Positions 9,516 through 18,418 are shown, numbered from the stretch's first letter. The stretch is DNA of 64,000 bases from Candidatus Obscuribacteraceae bacterium (GCA_044229845.1 JBGASG010000005.1:128001-192000), one strand, 5' to 3'. Notes: generated from the letters alone by a model not told the origin. A program made the numbers and translations.

Positions 9516-10853
9516 CTACGGAAGAGGCAGGCGCGGTCGGCGCGATTGGGGCGGACTGAAGGGTTTTTCGCTGGCTGCCACTTCGTTGATCAGCAGGCGC
9601 ACAACGATGACGGCGAGAAATAGATAGAGACCAGAGAACAGCAGGCAGGGCACCAGAGTTGATGCCGGCGTCACCGAGTGACTGGTGCGCATGATGCCGT
9701 GGATGACCCAGGGTTGGCGGCCGATTTCGGTGACCATCCAGCCGCATTCCACGGCGAGCATACCCAGGGGCGAGGCTAGCAATGCGGCTTTCAGCAGCCA
9801 GGTATTTTCGTGCAGCTGCTTTTTGCGAAAAAACAGGAAGGCGACCCATGCAGAGAGCAATCCCATCGCGCCGCCGCAGGCGACCATGATCTGGAAGCAT
9901 ATATGCACGGGAAGTACGGGCGGCCATTCGTCGCGCGGAAAATCATTCAGTCCCTTGACCGTCGCGAAAGGGTCGTGGAAAGCCAGTAGGCTCAAACCAT
10001 ATGGAATGTCGATGGCATAACGCGTGACCCGGGCATTCTCGTCCGGGATGCCGCCGATTCGCAGCGGAGCACCGCGTTCGGTGGCGAACTGTCCCTCCAG
10101 GGCCGCCAGCTTTTCCGGCTGGTTGTGTGCCACCGCCTGGGCCACGTTGTCGCCGGTGAGAGGGACGAGAAAGCCGCTCACGGCTGCCATGCCCAGCGCC
10201 AGCGCCAGTGCTTTCTGGTGAAGTTCGTGCGAGTTTTTTTTCAGCAAGACAAAAGCATGGATGCCGGCGACTGCAAAGCCGGTAGCTGCGTAGGCGGCAG
10301 CCAGCATGTGCACCGCCTCGGGAATGCCGCTCGGGTTGAGCATCGCCGCCACCGGATCGATGTCCACCGGCGAGCCGTTGACGTCGCGAAATCCGGTCGG
10401 CGTGTTCATCCAGCCGTTGGCCAGGATTACGAACAGCGCCGAAAAGCCGCCGCTGATTGCCACCACGCACCCCGCTGCGATGTGCTGAGCGGCCGTTATC
10501 TTGTTTCTTCCGTAAAGATAAATGCCCAGGAAGATAGCTTCGGTGAAGAAGGCGAAGCCTTCCAACGAGAACGGCATGCCGATGATGCTGCCGGCGTACG
10601 CCATGAAGTGCGGCCACAAAAGACCCAGTTCAAACGAGAGCACGGTGCCCGAGACGGCTCCCACCGCGAAGAAGACGGCGGTGCCTTTGGCCCAGCGTTT
10701 CGCCAGGTGAAGGTATGCCTCGTTGCCGGTGCGCCGATAACAAATTTCAGCCAGCACCATGAGCAGAGGCATGGCAATGCCGACGCACGCGAAGACAATA
10801 TGGAATCCCAGCGACATGCCCATTTGCAGTCTTGCCGCCAGGAGATTGTCCAT
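9516..10853 (-). CDS. cydA: Cytochrome bd quinol oxidase subunit I (short Q-loop)
   Basis: ARLQ...GFHIVF, FSLEGFAFFTEAIFLG, ANGWMNTP, QPEKLAALEG, FQIMV and GWMVTEIGRQPW motifs. Confidence 0.96.
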   Translation of the reverse strand: MDNLLAARLQMGMSLGFHIVFACVGIAMPLLMVLAEICYRRTGNEAYLHLAKRWAKGTAVFFAVGAVSGTVLSFELGLLWPHFMAYAGSIIGMPFSLEGFAFFTEAIFLGIYLYGRNKITAAQHIAAGCVVAISGGFSALFVILANGWMNTPTGFRDVNGSPVDIDPVAAMLNPSGIPEAVHMLAAAYAATGFAVAGIHAFVLLKKNSHELHQKALALALGMAAVSGFLVPLTGDNVAQAVAHNQPEKLAALEGQFATERGAPLRIGGIPDENARVTRYAIDIPYGLSLLAFHDPFATVKGLNDFPRDEWPPVLPVHICFQIMVACGGAMGLLSAWVAFLFFRKKQLHENTWLLKAALLASPLGMLAVECGWMVTEIGRQPWVIHGIMRTSHSVTPASTLVPCLLFSGLYLFLAVIVVRLLINEVAASEKPFSPPQSRRPRLPLP

Positions 10854-10857
10854 TTAT

Positions 10858-12339
10858 CTAGTCGATTTCGCTGTCGGAGATCTTCTTGGTGCGACGGGCG
10901 ACGCCGCTCTTGATGGCAGCCTTAGCGGCAGCCTCGGCAACGCTCTCCGCCACCTTCGGATTGAACACGCCGGGGATGATGTAATCCTCGTTGAGTTCCG
11001 AAGGTGCAATCACGTTGGCGATCGCTTCGGCGGCGGCCAGTTTCATCTCTTCGTTGATGTCGCGCGCCTGCACATCAAGGGCGCCTCTGAAGATGCCCGG
11101 GAAGCAGAGCACGTTGTTGATCTGGTTGGGATAGTCGGAACGTCCCGTCGCCATAATGCGGACATAGGGCGCGGCTTCTTCCGGCATCACTTCCGGAATC
11201 GGGTTGGCCATCGCAAACACAATCGCGTCGCGCGCCATTTTCTTCAGGTCAACCGGGTCGATCGTACCGGGACCGGAAAGTCCGATGTACAGGTCGGCGC
11301 CGTCCAGCGCATCCTTCAAAACGCCTTTGAACTTGGTGGGGTTGGTGTTCTTGGCGAACCATTCCTTCATGTAATTCATGTTTTCGGTGCGACCTTCATA
11401 TATCGCACCCTGACGGTCGAAGCCGATGATGTTGCGGGCGCCGGCCGCCATGATGATCTTCGAGCAGGCAACACCGGCTGCGCCGACGCCGCTGACGACG
11501 ATCTTGAGGTCCTTCATCTGTTTCTTCACGATCTTCAGCGAGTTCATCAGCGCTGCCAGAACCACAACGGCGGTGCCGTGCTGATCGTCGTGGAACACAG
11601 GAATATCCAGCTCTTGCTTGAGACGGGTTTCGATTTCGAAGCAACGCGGTGCGGAGATGTCTTCCAGGTTGATGCCACCAAATACGGGGGCAATGTTTTT
11701 CACCGTTTTGATGATTTCTTCGGTGTCTTGTGTAGCCAGGCAAATCGGGAAAGCATCGACTTTGCCGAATTCTTTGAAGAGCATCGCCTTGCCTTCCATG
11801 ACCGGGCAGCCGGCTTCAGGACCGATGTTGCCCAATCCGAGCACGGCGGACCCATCGGTGACGACGGCCACCATATTGCGTTTGATGGTCAGCTTGTAGG
11901 CACTCGACGGCTCTCTGTGAATCGCCATGCAGACGCGGGCAACGCCGGGTGTGTATGCCATTGATAGGTCGTCGCGGGTCTTCAGAGGCACTTTATTAGT
12001 GACCGTGATTTTGCCGCCCAGATGCATCAGGAAGGTGCGGTCGGAAACGTGCACGACTTCGATGTCCTTCATCGACTTCAGTGCTTTCACCACCGCTTCG
12101 CCGTGGCTGTCGTCGCGGACGTTGACCGTGATATCGCGAACGATGAAGTCCTTTTCGAAACCGGCGATGTCAACTGCGCCGATGTCCGCGCCTTGCTCGC
12201 CAATAAGCGAAGTCACTTTGCCGAGCATGCCCGGCTTGTTGTTGATTTTCAGTCGCAGTGTCTGACTGTAGCTTGCACTTGGCTGCAAAGTTGTGTTCAC
12301 CTTTTTGTCGGCGGCCGGTTGCGTTTTAGTTGTGGACAT
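10858..12339 (-). CDS. NAD(P)-dependent malic enzyme with N-terminal ACT domain
   Basis: ACT domain (NKPGMLGKVT); AYTPGVA, VTDGSAVLGLGNIG, MEGKAMLFK, NLEDI, FHDDQHGTA and ATGRSDYPNQINN motifs. Confidence 0.96.
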   Translation of the reverse strand: MSTTKTQPAADKKVNTTLQPSASYSQTLRLKINNKPGMLGKVTSLIGEQGADIGAVDIAGFEKDFIVRDITVNVRDDSHGEAVVKALKSMKDIEVVHVSDRTFLMHLGGKITVTNKVPLKTRDDLSMAYTPGVARVCMAIHREPSSAYKLTIKRNMVAVVTDGSAVLGLGNIGPEAGCPVMEGKAMLFKEFGKVDAFPICLATQDTEEIIKTVKNIAPVFGGINLEDISAPRCFEIETRLKQELDIPVFHDDQHGTAVVVLAALMNSLKIVKKQMKDLKIVVSGVGAAGVACSKIIMAAGARNIIGFDRQGAIYEGRTENMNYMKEWFAKNTNPTKFKGVLKDALDGADLYIGLSGPGTIDPVDLKKMARDAIVFAMANPIPEVMPEEAAPYVRIMATGRSDYPNQINNVLCFPGIFRGALDVQARDINEEMKLAAAEAIANVIAPSELNEDYIIPGVFNPKVAESVAEAAAKAAIKSGVARRTKKISDSEID

Positions 12340-12394
12340 ACGCCAATTTCCTGATAGTTATTGGGCTAACGAGCGCTGAATAAGCGAAGCGATA

Positions 12395-12470
12395 AGCATA
12401 GCGCTTTTGGCAAAATTCGCATGAGAATCATGGCGCGAGCTAAATTCTTTAATGCGAAACGCGCTATGCT
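12395..12470. promoter_or_regulatory. Nested inverted repeats around a Fur/PerR-box-like core in the divergent malic enzyme / SOD promoter region
   Basis: AGCATAGCGC (12395-12404) / GCGCTATGCT (12461-12470); TTCGCAT (12416-12422) / ATGCGAA (12452-12458); ATGAGAATCAT at 12421-12431. Confidence 0.4.
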
Positions 12471-12520
12471 GAATGGTTGCAAGTTTTATGCTGCGCATAT
12501 CCGCAACAGGAGGGGGAGGC

Positions 12521-13357
12521 ATGACATCTAAAAAACCCGAAATCATCGGTAATTTCGAATTCATTGAGAATAAGAGTGAGGGCAAACTGCGCACTCGACG
12601 CGAAGTGCTGCTGATGGGCGCAATTGCTGCGACCGGCGCAATTGCGACCTCGACGGGAATAGTTAAGGCTGCAGAAACCGAAAGCAAGGCAGCCGGAGTA
12701 ATTGCCGGCGGCGCCCCGGCAGCCGGCGGCAAGTCTTATACGGCTAAAGATTTTTCCAGCCTTGTCACGAAGAATATGACCGGGCTGTCGTCCAAACAAG
12801 TCGAACAGCACTTGAAGCTGTATGAAGGTTATGTCGGCAAAATCAACGAATTGCAAGCCGGACTGGATGCTGTCGACATCAGCACGCCGGCACCGAACGC
12901 CACATATCATCCCTATAGAGAGATGCTCGTCGAGCAGAGCTTCGCGCTCAACGGCGTCATCTATCACGAGTTGTATTTTGCCAACCTGGGCGGCAGCGGC
13001 GGCGAACCTACCGGCGATCTGAAATCCGCGGTGGAAGCGCGATTTGGTTCAGTAGGCAAATTTATCGATCACTTGAAGGCGGCCGGCAAATGCATGCGCG
13101 GTTGGGTCGTGGTCGGCTGGAACACCCGCGATGCCAGTCTGCAAATGTACGGGCTCGATGCCCACAACTTGCTGGTGCCGGCTAATGTAGTACCGCTGGT
13201 GGTGCTGGATGTGTACGAGCACGCCTATATGATCGATTACGGCACCAATCGTGGTGCTTATTTAGATGCCTTCCTCTCCAATATCGATTGGGGAGTTTGC
13301 AACAAGCGTTTCACGCGGGCCCATGGGCATCCAAGCGGTCCCGACACCACCGCGTAA
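12521..13357 (+). CDS. Fe/Mn-family superoxide dismutase with a putative Tat signal
   Basis: QHLKLYEGYV, NGVIYHELYF and LDVYEHAY metal-ligand motifs; TRREVLL followed by a hydrophobic stretch; GGAGG RBS before ATG 12521. Confidence 0.9.
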   Translation: MTSKKPEIIGNFEFIENKSEGKLRTRREVLLMGAIAATGAIATSTGIVKAAETESKAAGVIAGGAPAAGGKSYTAKDFSSLVTKNMTGLSSKQVEQHLKLYEGYVGKINELQAGLDAVDISTPAPNATYHPYREMLVEQSFALNGVIYHELYFANLGGSGGEPTGDLKSAVEARFGSVGKFIDHLKAAGKCMRGWVVVGWNTRDASLQMYGLDAHNLLVPANVVPLVVLDVYEHAYMIDYGTNRGAYLDAFLSNIDWGVCNKRFTRAHGHPSGPDTTA

Positions 13358-13471
13358 TCTGCTGGATAACCCCTACAGACAACAGCAGGCTCGACTCAGG
13401 GTTTTGCCGGTATAAAACTGCGTCGACGAAAGTTATCGTTGAGCAGTTGCGAACCCTCAGGTCATAAACCC

Positions 13472-13966
13472 ATGAAGTCGGTAGTCGGCTTATTTTTGCT
13501 GCTCGTTATTGCTTCGCTCCTGGCTGGTCCGGCGCGGGGCGATATGGCTTCGCCGCCGCCGTCTCCCGAACAGGCGGCTCGCGCATCGCGAATTAACCTG
13601 GGTCCTTATGTGTTGGCTCTACGCTCAGGCTATCAAAGCAACGCCCAGAAGAAACTGGAAGGGCTCTGGACCGCCCCCAGTGAGATGACCGGCAGCGCAG
13701 TCGTGGCTTTCGATCTTGACTGGCAAGGCGTGCCCACCCATGTAACGCTCACACGTAAGAGCGGCTGCGAGGCGGCAGACAAAGTGGCGCTCAAGACCGT
13801 TGAGAAATGCGAAGGACTGGGACCACTACCGGCGATGACTCAATCGGTGCACGGTGTGACCACCTTCTCGCCCCAGTCAGCCAAGAAGAAACTGGCGCTG
13901 CATATGATTTTCAAGGACACCGATCCGGAAGTCGGACTGTCCGGCTCGTACACGAACATCAGGTAA
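13472..13966 (+). CDS. Secreted protein with Pro-rich N-terminus and TonB-C-like domain
   Basis: Signal peptide ...PARG/DMASPPPSP; LWTAP...VVAFDLD..G....VTLTRKSG...ADKVAL...LGPLP. Confidence 0.7.
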   Translation: MKSVVGLFLLLVIASLLAGPARGDMASPPPSPEQAARASRINLGPYVLALRSGYQSNAQKKLEGLWTAPSEMTGSAVVAFDLDWQGVPTHVTLTRKSGCEAADKVALKTVEKCEGLGPLPAMTQSVHGVTTFSPQSAKKKLALHMIFKDTDPEVGLSGSYTNIR

Positions 13967-14046
13967 CCAACCGGATTTTTACCGTGGGGTTCTCTGCCTA
14001 AGTTAGATATAGTAGTGTCTGGCTCCCTGTTGGTTGAGGATTTGGC

Positions 14047-14547
14047 GTGAGAAATTTGGCTTTGATTGGTGCTCTGGCTGTGCTGGCTGGCTCAGTGATG
14101 CCTGCCTGGGCGGATATTCCGCCGCCGCCACCGCCGCATGTCTCGCAGTTGATCGCCGACGCACCGCTGCCACCGAGCCTGGACGCGTTCAAGGGCATGA
14201 AAAATGCCCCTGAATTGAGGGCCTACACCAACAAAGAACGCGCCAAGTTCAAAGCGCAGTCTGAGAGAATGCTGGCCAAACTGTGGAAACCGGTCCCTGG
14301 TATGAAGGCGCCCGTGGTGATTTCGTTTGCTATCGGATCAGAAGGATATCCGTACGATGTGACCCTCCAAAAGAGCAGCGGTTCGAAGAAAGCCGATGCA
14401 GCCGCCCTGAAAATATTGGGACACCTCGAAGACAAACAAGAACTGCCGGCTCACACAGCCATCATTCAAGTAACTTCGAATTTCGCGCCTGCCACCGCCA
14501 AACAGAAGGTGGCGACGGTGATGAAGTTCACCGATGCAGCACTCTAA
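14047..14547 (+). CDS. Secreted protein with polyproline N-terminus and TonB-C-like domain (paralog of 13472-13966)
   Basis: Signal peptide ...PAWA/DIPPPPPP; LWKP...VVISFAI...G...VTLQKSSGSKKADAAAL...LP. Confidence 0.75.
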   Translation: MRNLALIGALAVLAGSVMPAWADIPPPPPPHVSQLIADAPLPPSLDAFKGMKNAPELRAYTNKERAKFKAQSERMLAKLWKPVPGMKAPVVISFAIGSEGYPYDVTLQKSSGSKKADAAALKILGHLEDKQELPAHTAIIQVTSNFAPATAKQKVATVMKFTDAAL

Positions 14548-14788
14548 AGAAGAGGACTTGGACAGCGTGGCGGATTACTTGCGTACCGGCAGCAAATACA
14601 TGGCGATTCTGATGGCGGCATTAGTCTGCCTGGGAATCGGGGTTCTGTTCGGGCATCTACAACCACTCGAATATCTAACTGCGCAGGGTTACCAGATGAT
14701 GGGCGGTGCCATGCTGGCTTCCTTCACCATATTTTTTGCCGGAATGTTGGCGGCGAAGAATCTGGATTCGGCGCAGAAACTGAAATGA
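14534..14788 (+). CDS. Small two-TM membrane protein
   Basis: Two hydrophobic segments; the stop overlaps the next ATG (ATGA). The real start may be GTG 14567, downstream of GAGGA. Confidence 0.65.
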   Translation: MQHSKEEDLDSVADYLRTGSKYMAILMAALVCLGIGVLFGHLQPLEYLTAQGYQMMGGAMLASFTIFFAGMLAAKNLDSAQKLK

Positions 14789-15831
14789 CGGCATCAATCA
14801 CACGCTCATTTCCAGCAGATCAGTCGCGGTCGCAACCGGCAACCGCGGCGGTTTTGAGCGAACAGCTGCGCTTCGCGTTAATTTGCTCGCTGATTGGTTT
14901 GACCTGTGCGACTTTCTGTGGACTGGCTCCGATCGGTGTTTCTATCGCCACGGTGTTTCTGTTTGCCGGACCTCATAACTGGATCGAGTTGCGCTACTTC
15001 TTATCGCGATTACCGGCACGATTCGCCGGACTGAAACTCTACTTCGCCACCGGCATTCTCGGCGCCTTGGCTCTGGCTGTGTCTTTCCCTACCATGGCTT
15101 ATCTGGGTAAGGCGCAGTTGATTTCGATTCCTGCCTGGATCGCCGGCTACCAGATTGGCAATGTCGCTCTGGTTGCTTGGGTTTGCAGCCTGATCATGAT
15201 CAGGCACGGCGACCGCCTCAGCTCAACGCGATTTTCTCTCATGCTCGGTGTGGCGCTTTCACTGGTGGTGCTTATCTGGCTGAGCCCGGGGTACTTTGGC
15301 ATGTCCCTGGTTTATCTGCACCCATTTGTGGCGCTCTTCATGCTCGACATCGAACTGCGGCGCAGCAAACCACATCTGGTGGCACCCTATCGACTGTCGC
15401 TGACGCTCATACCAGTTTTGATCGGTGCCCTTTATTGGCAGTTGGCCGGCTTGCCCACCATCGAGCAGAGCGATCCGCTCGTCGCCCAGATTTGCCGTCA
15501 TGCAGGCGCCGACTGGATTACCGGCGTCTCGGTTCAGTTCCTGGTGGCAACCCACACTTTTCTGGAGATGCTGCACTATGGAGTGTGGCTGCTCGCCATT
15601 CCTCTTATGGCAGCCGGTTGGCACAACTGGCGTCCACGTTCGTTGCCGATCACCGTGGTTTCATCCACTGCCAAAAGAATGGTGTCTGTGGCGCTGGTGT
15701 TCAGCACCTTTGCCGTGGCCGTGCTGTGGTTTTGCTTCGGCGTTGATTTCAACGTTGCACGCGAATGGTACTTCTTGCTGGCGATGATTCATGTCTTTGC
15801 CGAAATTCCCTTCCTGATTCGGTTCATTTAG
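14785..15831 (+). CDS. Multi-pass membrane protein with five intramembrane His-containing motifs (unknown function)
   Basis: About 9 TM segments; FAGPHNWIE, YLHPF, THTFLEMLHYGVW and IHVFAEIP. Confidence 0.8.
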   Translation: MTASITRSFPADQSRSQPATAAVLSEQLRFALICSLIGLTCATFCGLAPIGVSIATVFLFAGPHNWIELRYFLSRLPARFAGLKLYFATGILGALALAVSFPTMAYLGKAQLISIPAWIAGYQIGNVALVAWVCSLIMIRHGDRLSSTRFSLMLGVALSLVVLIWLSPGYFGMSLVYLHPFVALFMLDIELRRSKPHLVAPYRLSLTLIPVLIGALYWQLAGLPTIEQSDPLVAQICRHAGADWITGVSVQFLVATHTFLEMLHYGVWLLAIPLMAAGWHNWRPRSLPITVVSSTAKRMVSVALVFSTFAVAVLWFCFGVDFNVAREWYFLLAMIHVFAEIPFLIRFI

Positions 15832-15835
15832 CGGC

Positions 15836-16213
15836 ATGGCTCCGCTTCAATACGCCGAGCTCATGGCACGCGGCTACCTGATGACGATTTTACTGGAAGG
15901 AGCGGTGCTCTTCCTGGGGTTGCGCGATCTGACTGTCAGGCAGAAACTGTTCCTCAGCTTCTGGCTGACAGCCATTACCTATCCGTTTGTGTGGCTGGTC
16001 TATCCATGCTTGTTCGACATGCGCACCGAGCGCGTCGCTTATCTCTGGGCAGCCGAAACCTTCGCTCCTCTCGCTGAGTGCCTGGCATTTCGATTTGCTT
16101 TCGCCGGCCACCTGCCCTGGCGTTCGGGGGCGCTCTGGCGCTCGTTTGCTGTGATCACCGCCGCCAATCTGACCTCATATATAGTCGGCGCCCTGGTGCC
16201 CTGGTACCGCTAA
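15836..16213 (+). CDS. Small four-TM membrane protein with polar intramembrane residues
   Basis: TILLEG, TAITYPFVW, AETFAPLAE and AANLTSY; starts 4 nt after the previous stop. Confidence 0.75.
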   Translation: MAPLQYAELMARGYLMTILLEGAVLFLGLRDLTVRQKLFLSFWLTAITYPFVWLVYPCLFDMRTERVAYLWAAETFAPLAECLAFRFAFAGHLPWRSGALWRSFAVITAANLTSYIVGALVPWYR

Positions 16214-16248
16214 CGCTTTTTCCCGGCTGGTGATCCCAACCACCCTTT

Positions 16249-16395
16249 GAAAATTGTTGATCTATACGATAAGACCCAAGACGCTTCACTAATCGTCAGC
16301 GATGCGGCTGAAACCCTCCAGTGATGCGCGTTTTGGGTTTCTCTCTTGCTGCCGTAGCTCCCTGAAGGGCATTATCGTATAGATCAACTTTTTTC
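16249..16395. repeat. Intergenic element with 17-bp perfect terminal inverted repeats (24 bp with 2 mismatches) and a structured interior
   Basis: GTTGATCTATACGATAA (16256-16272) is the exact reverse complement of TTATCGTATAGATCAAC (16372-16388). Confidence 0.9.
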
Positions 16396-16458
16396 TAAGA
16401 GCTCAGAAGACCCAGGCACCCCCGGTGGTGTGACGCGAAATTTGGGTAAAAAGAAAGC

Positions 16459-16689
16459 ATGCTGAAGAAACTACTAGGTATCGGTCTGATATTGTTCGCC
16501 ATCGGCAAGGTGGTGTACGACGTCTACCTCGTGAAGGGTCATACAGGCGACGTGGTCGGCTACTTCAACGTCATGATTCAAACCAGCAACGTCACCGAAC
16601 TTGGCATGATTGGCGGCGGATTCATTCTTGGTATGCTGCTTTTGGCTGTAGCCAACAAAGAAGACACCGAACACCTGTCCCACCGCTAG
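16459..16689 (+). CDS. Small two-TM hypothetical protein
   Basis: 76 aa, two hydrophobic segments, A-rich leader before the ATG. Confidence 0.65.
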   Translation: MLKKLLGIGLILFAIGKVVYDVYLVKGHTGDVVGYFNVMIQTSNVTELGMIGGGFILGMLLLAVANKEDTEHLSHR

Positions 16690-16741
16690 GCACTCTTCCC
16701 ACGCCAGGCACTCTTCCCCGCCGGTTTTCGAAACATTTCTG

Positions 16742-18418
16742 CTACAGGTTCTTCAACCTGTCCGGTACGTGCTGGCGTTCTTGACGCGACGGAACGGCGC
16801 GCTGAATTTGATATTTGAGGCTGTCGTACTCAGCGCGGGCATCCTGCAGATTGCCTGACTTTTCCAGCAGCGACAGTCTGATGATCTTCGCCTCGATATT
16901 GAAGGGTTCCATGGCGATTACCTGTTCGCACAGGTCTTTGGCTGTGTGGTCCTCGCCGAGTTTCAGCTTGAGGCGTGCGCAGGCAATCATGACTCGCGCC
17001 TTCTCGCAATTGTCCAGGGCGAGGCTGCGCTCGAAGTCGCTGAGTGCCTTCTTGTATAAGTCTTTTTGCACGCCTTTGTCCGGATCTTGATCGCCGAGAA
17101 ACTCGAAGTACTCAGCCCGTTTTTGCATTGCCACCGAATCTTTGGGCGACTTGTCCACATTGGCGTTCAGGCACTTCATGGCGAAGTCTTCGTCCACACG
17201 CGCCGCCAGCAACGGATCGATAAGCCGCTTTGTCTTGCCGAAAATTGCAGCCATGTCGTAGGCAGCGTCAGCATATTTGTTTTGCGACTCATGGCAGCGA
17301 GCGCGCAGAGAACGGCACCAGTTGTTGTTCGGCTCGTGTCCCAGTACGCCGTTGAAGGCGAGAATCGCTTCGTCGAGTTTGCCGGTGTGCAAAAGCGACA
17401 GACCGGTGACTTCCATAACCATGATTTGATCTGGCTCTCCAGCCGGCACCCCACTCTTTTTCAAATACTTGTTGGCGGTGGCCGCATACTTCAGGCAAGC
17501 GCTGTAATCCCCTTTGTACGCATAACAGGCTGCCAGACAGGAGTGCGTGCCGGGTGCCGAAGGATCCAGTTTGCGCGCTTCCAAAAGTTTCTCAATCGCC
17601 AGATCGTACTTGTGCTCGTTGTAGAGGCGTGAACCTTGCTTGTACACGGTCATGAAGTGTGCATGTTTCTTGCTTGACTGTGTCAATCTGTGCATGAAGA
17701 TCTGACGAAATGCCGGATCGAATTTGAAGTCATCGGAGCCGATGGCGTCGGCCGCGAAGTATTCAGCCAGCGCCTCCGTGAGGTTTTCGCATCCGTACAG
17801 GGTCGGCCAGGCATTGTGGGGAGGAATTATTCGTCCGGCGCGCCGCTCAGGCTGCCCGAAAGTAGCTTCGCAACGCAATTCTGAAATGGTGGGTTGTGCG
17901 AAACGAATCCAATCCCGCGACAGTGCGATCTCGCCTGCCATGTCGGCGCTGTGCACCAGTTCGTGCAGGAAGCAGCGCAGCTGCGCCTTGCGCGAGCCTT
18001 CAAAGAAAACATCAGGGATCAGAATCGCATCCGGTCGTGTGAGCGCTTCGGCGTCGAACGAGCCGGCGGTTGTGGCGCTGAAGGGCAAATCGGTGACGCG
18101 ACAAACATGCAGTTTCTTGCCGTTGGCGGCTCGCTTAATCAGACCCGGCGCGCACCTGGTCACCTCGGACAGCATCTTGAGAAACAGCTCCTTCTCCCCC
18201 GGTTTCCAGGCGATCAGAAAATATCGCCCGTATGAGTGTTCGGCTGCTTCGCGGTCGCCGGGATCGAGCAGTTGTACTGACTCGATCTCTGTGGAACGCG
18301 CTGCCGGTTTGGCTTTCTCGCGCTCCGCCGCCGTCGGCTGGGACAACGCCGGTGCGGAGCCCGCCAAGAGAAGACTGGTAGTAAGGGCAAAAGATAGTGC
18401 CGATCGGCTCAACTTCAT
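16742..18418 (-). CDS. Secreted HExxH zinc-metalloprotease-like domain fused to TPR repeats
   Basis: Signal peptide MKLSRSALSFALTTSLLLAGSAPALS; FLHELVHSAD and YG..N..EALAE motifs; C-terminal TPR array. Start 18418 chosen. Confidence 0.75.
   Translation of the reverse strand: MKLSRSALSFALTTSLLLAGSAPALSQPTAAEREKAKPAARSTEIESVQLLDPGDREAAEHSYGRYFLIAWKPGEKELFLKMLSEVTRCAPGLIKRAANGKKLHVCRVTDLPFSATTAGSFDAEALTRPDAILIPDVFFEGSRKAQLRCFLHELVHSADMAGEIALSRDWIRFAQPTISELRCEATFGQPERRAGRIIPPHNAWPTLYGCENLTEALAEYFAADAIGSDDFKFDPAFRQIFMHRLTQSSKKHAHFMTVYKQGSRLYNEHKYDLAIEKLLEARKLDPSAPGTHSCLAACYAYKGDYSACLKYAATANKYLKKSGVPAGEPDQIMVMEVTGLSLLHTGKLDEAILAFNGVLGHEPNNNWCRSLRARCHESQNKYADAAYDMAAIFGKTKRLIDPLLAARVDEDFAMKCLNANVDKSPKDSVAMQKRAEYFEFLGDQDPDKGVQKDLYKKALSDFERSLALDNCEKARVMIACARLKLKLGEDHTAKDLCEQVIAMEPFNIEAKIIRLSLLEKSGNLQDARAEYDSLKYQIQRAVPSRQERQHVPDRLKNL

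Noticed and set aside
12408..12423. Sigma54-like TGGCA...GC promoter
   Set aside because: GG-to-GC spacing is 8 nt rather than the required 10.
16256..16388. Retron msr-msd interpretation of the inverted-repeat element
   Set aside because: No reverse transcriptase ORF in the window.
16688..16722. 13-bp direct repeat AGGCACTCTTCCC x2
   Set aside because: Real, but a short local duplication between convergent stops with no further support for function.
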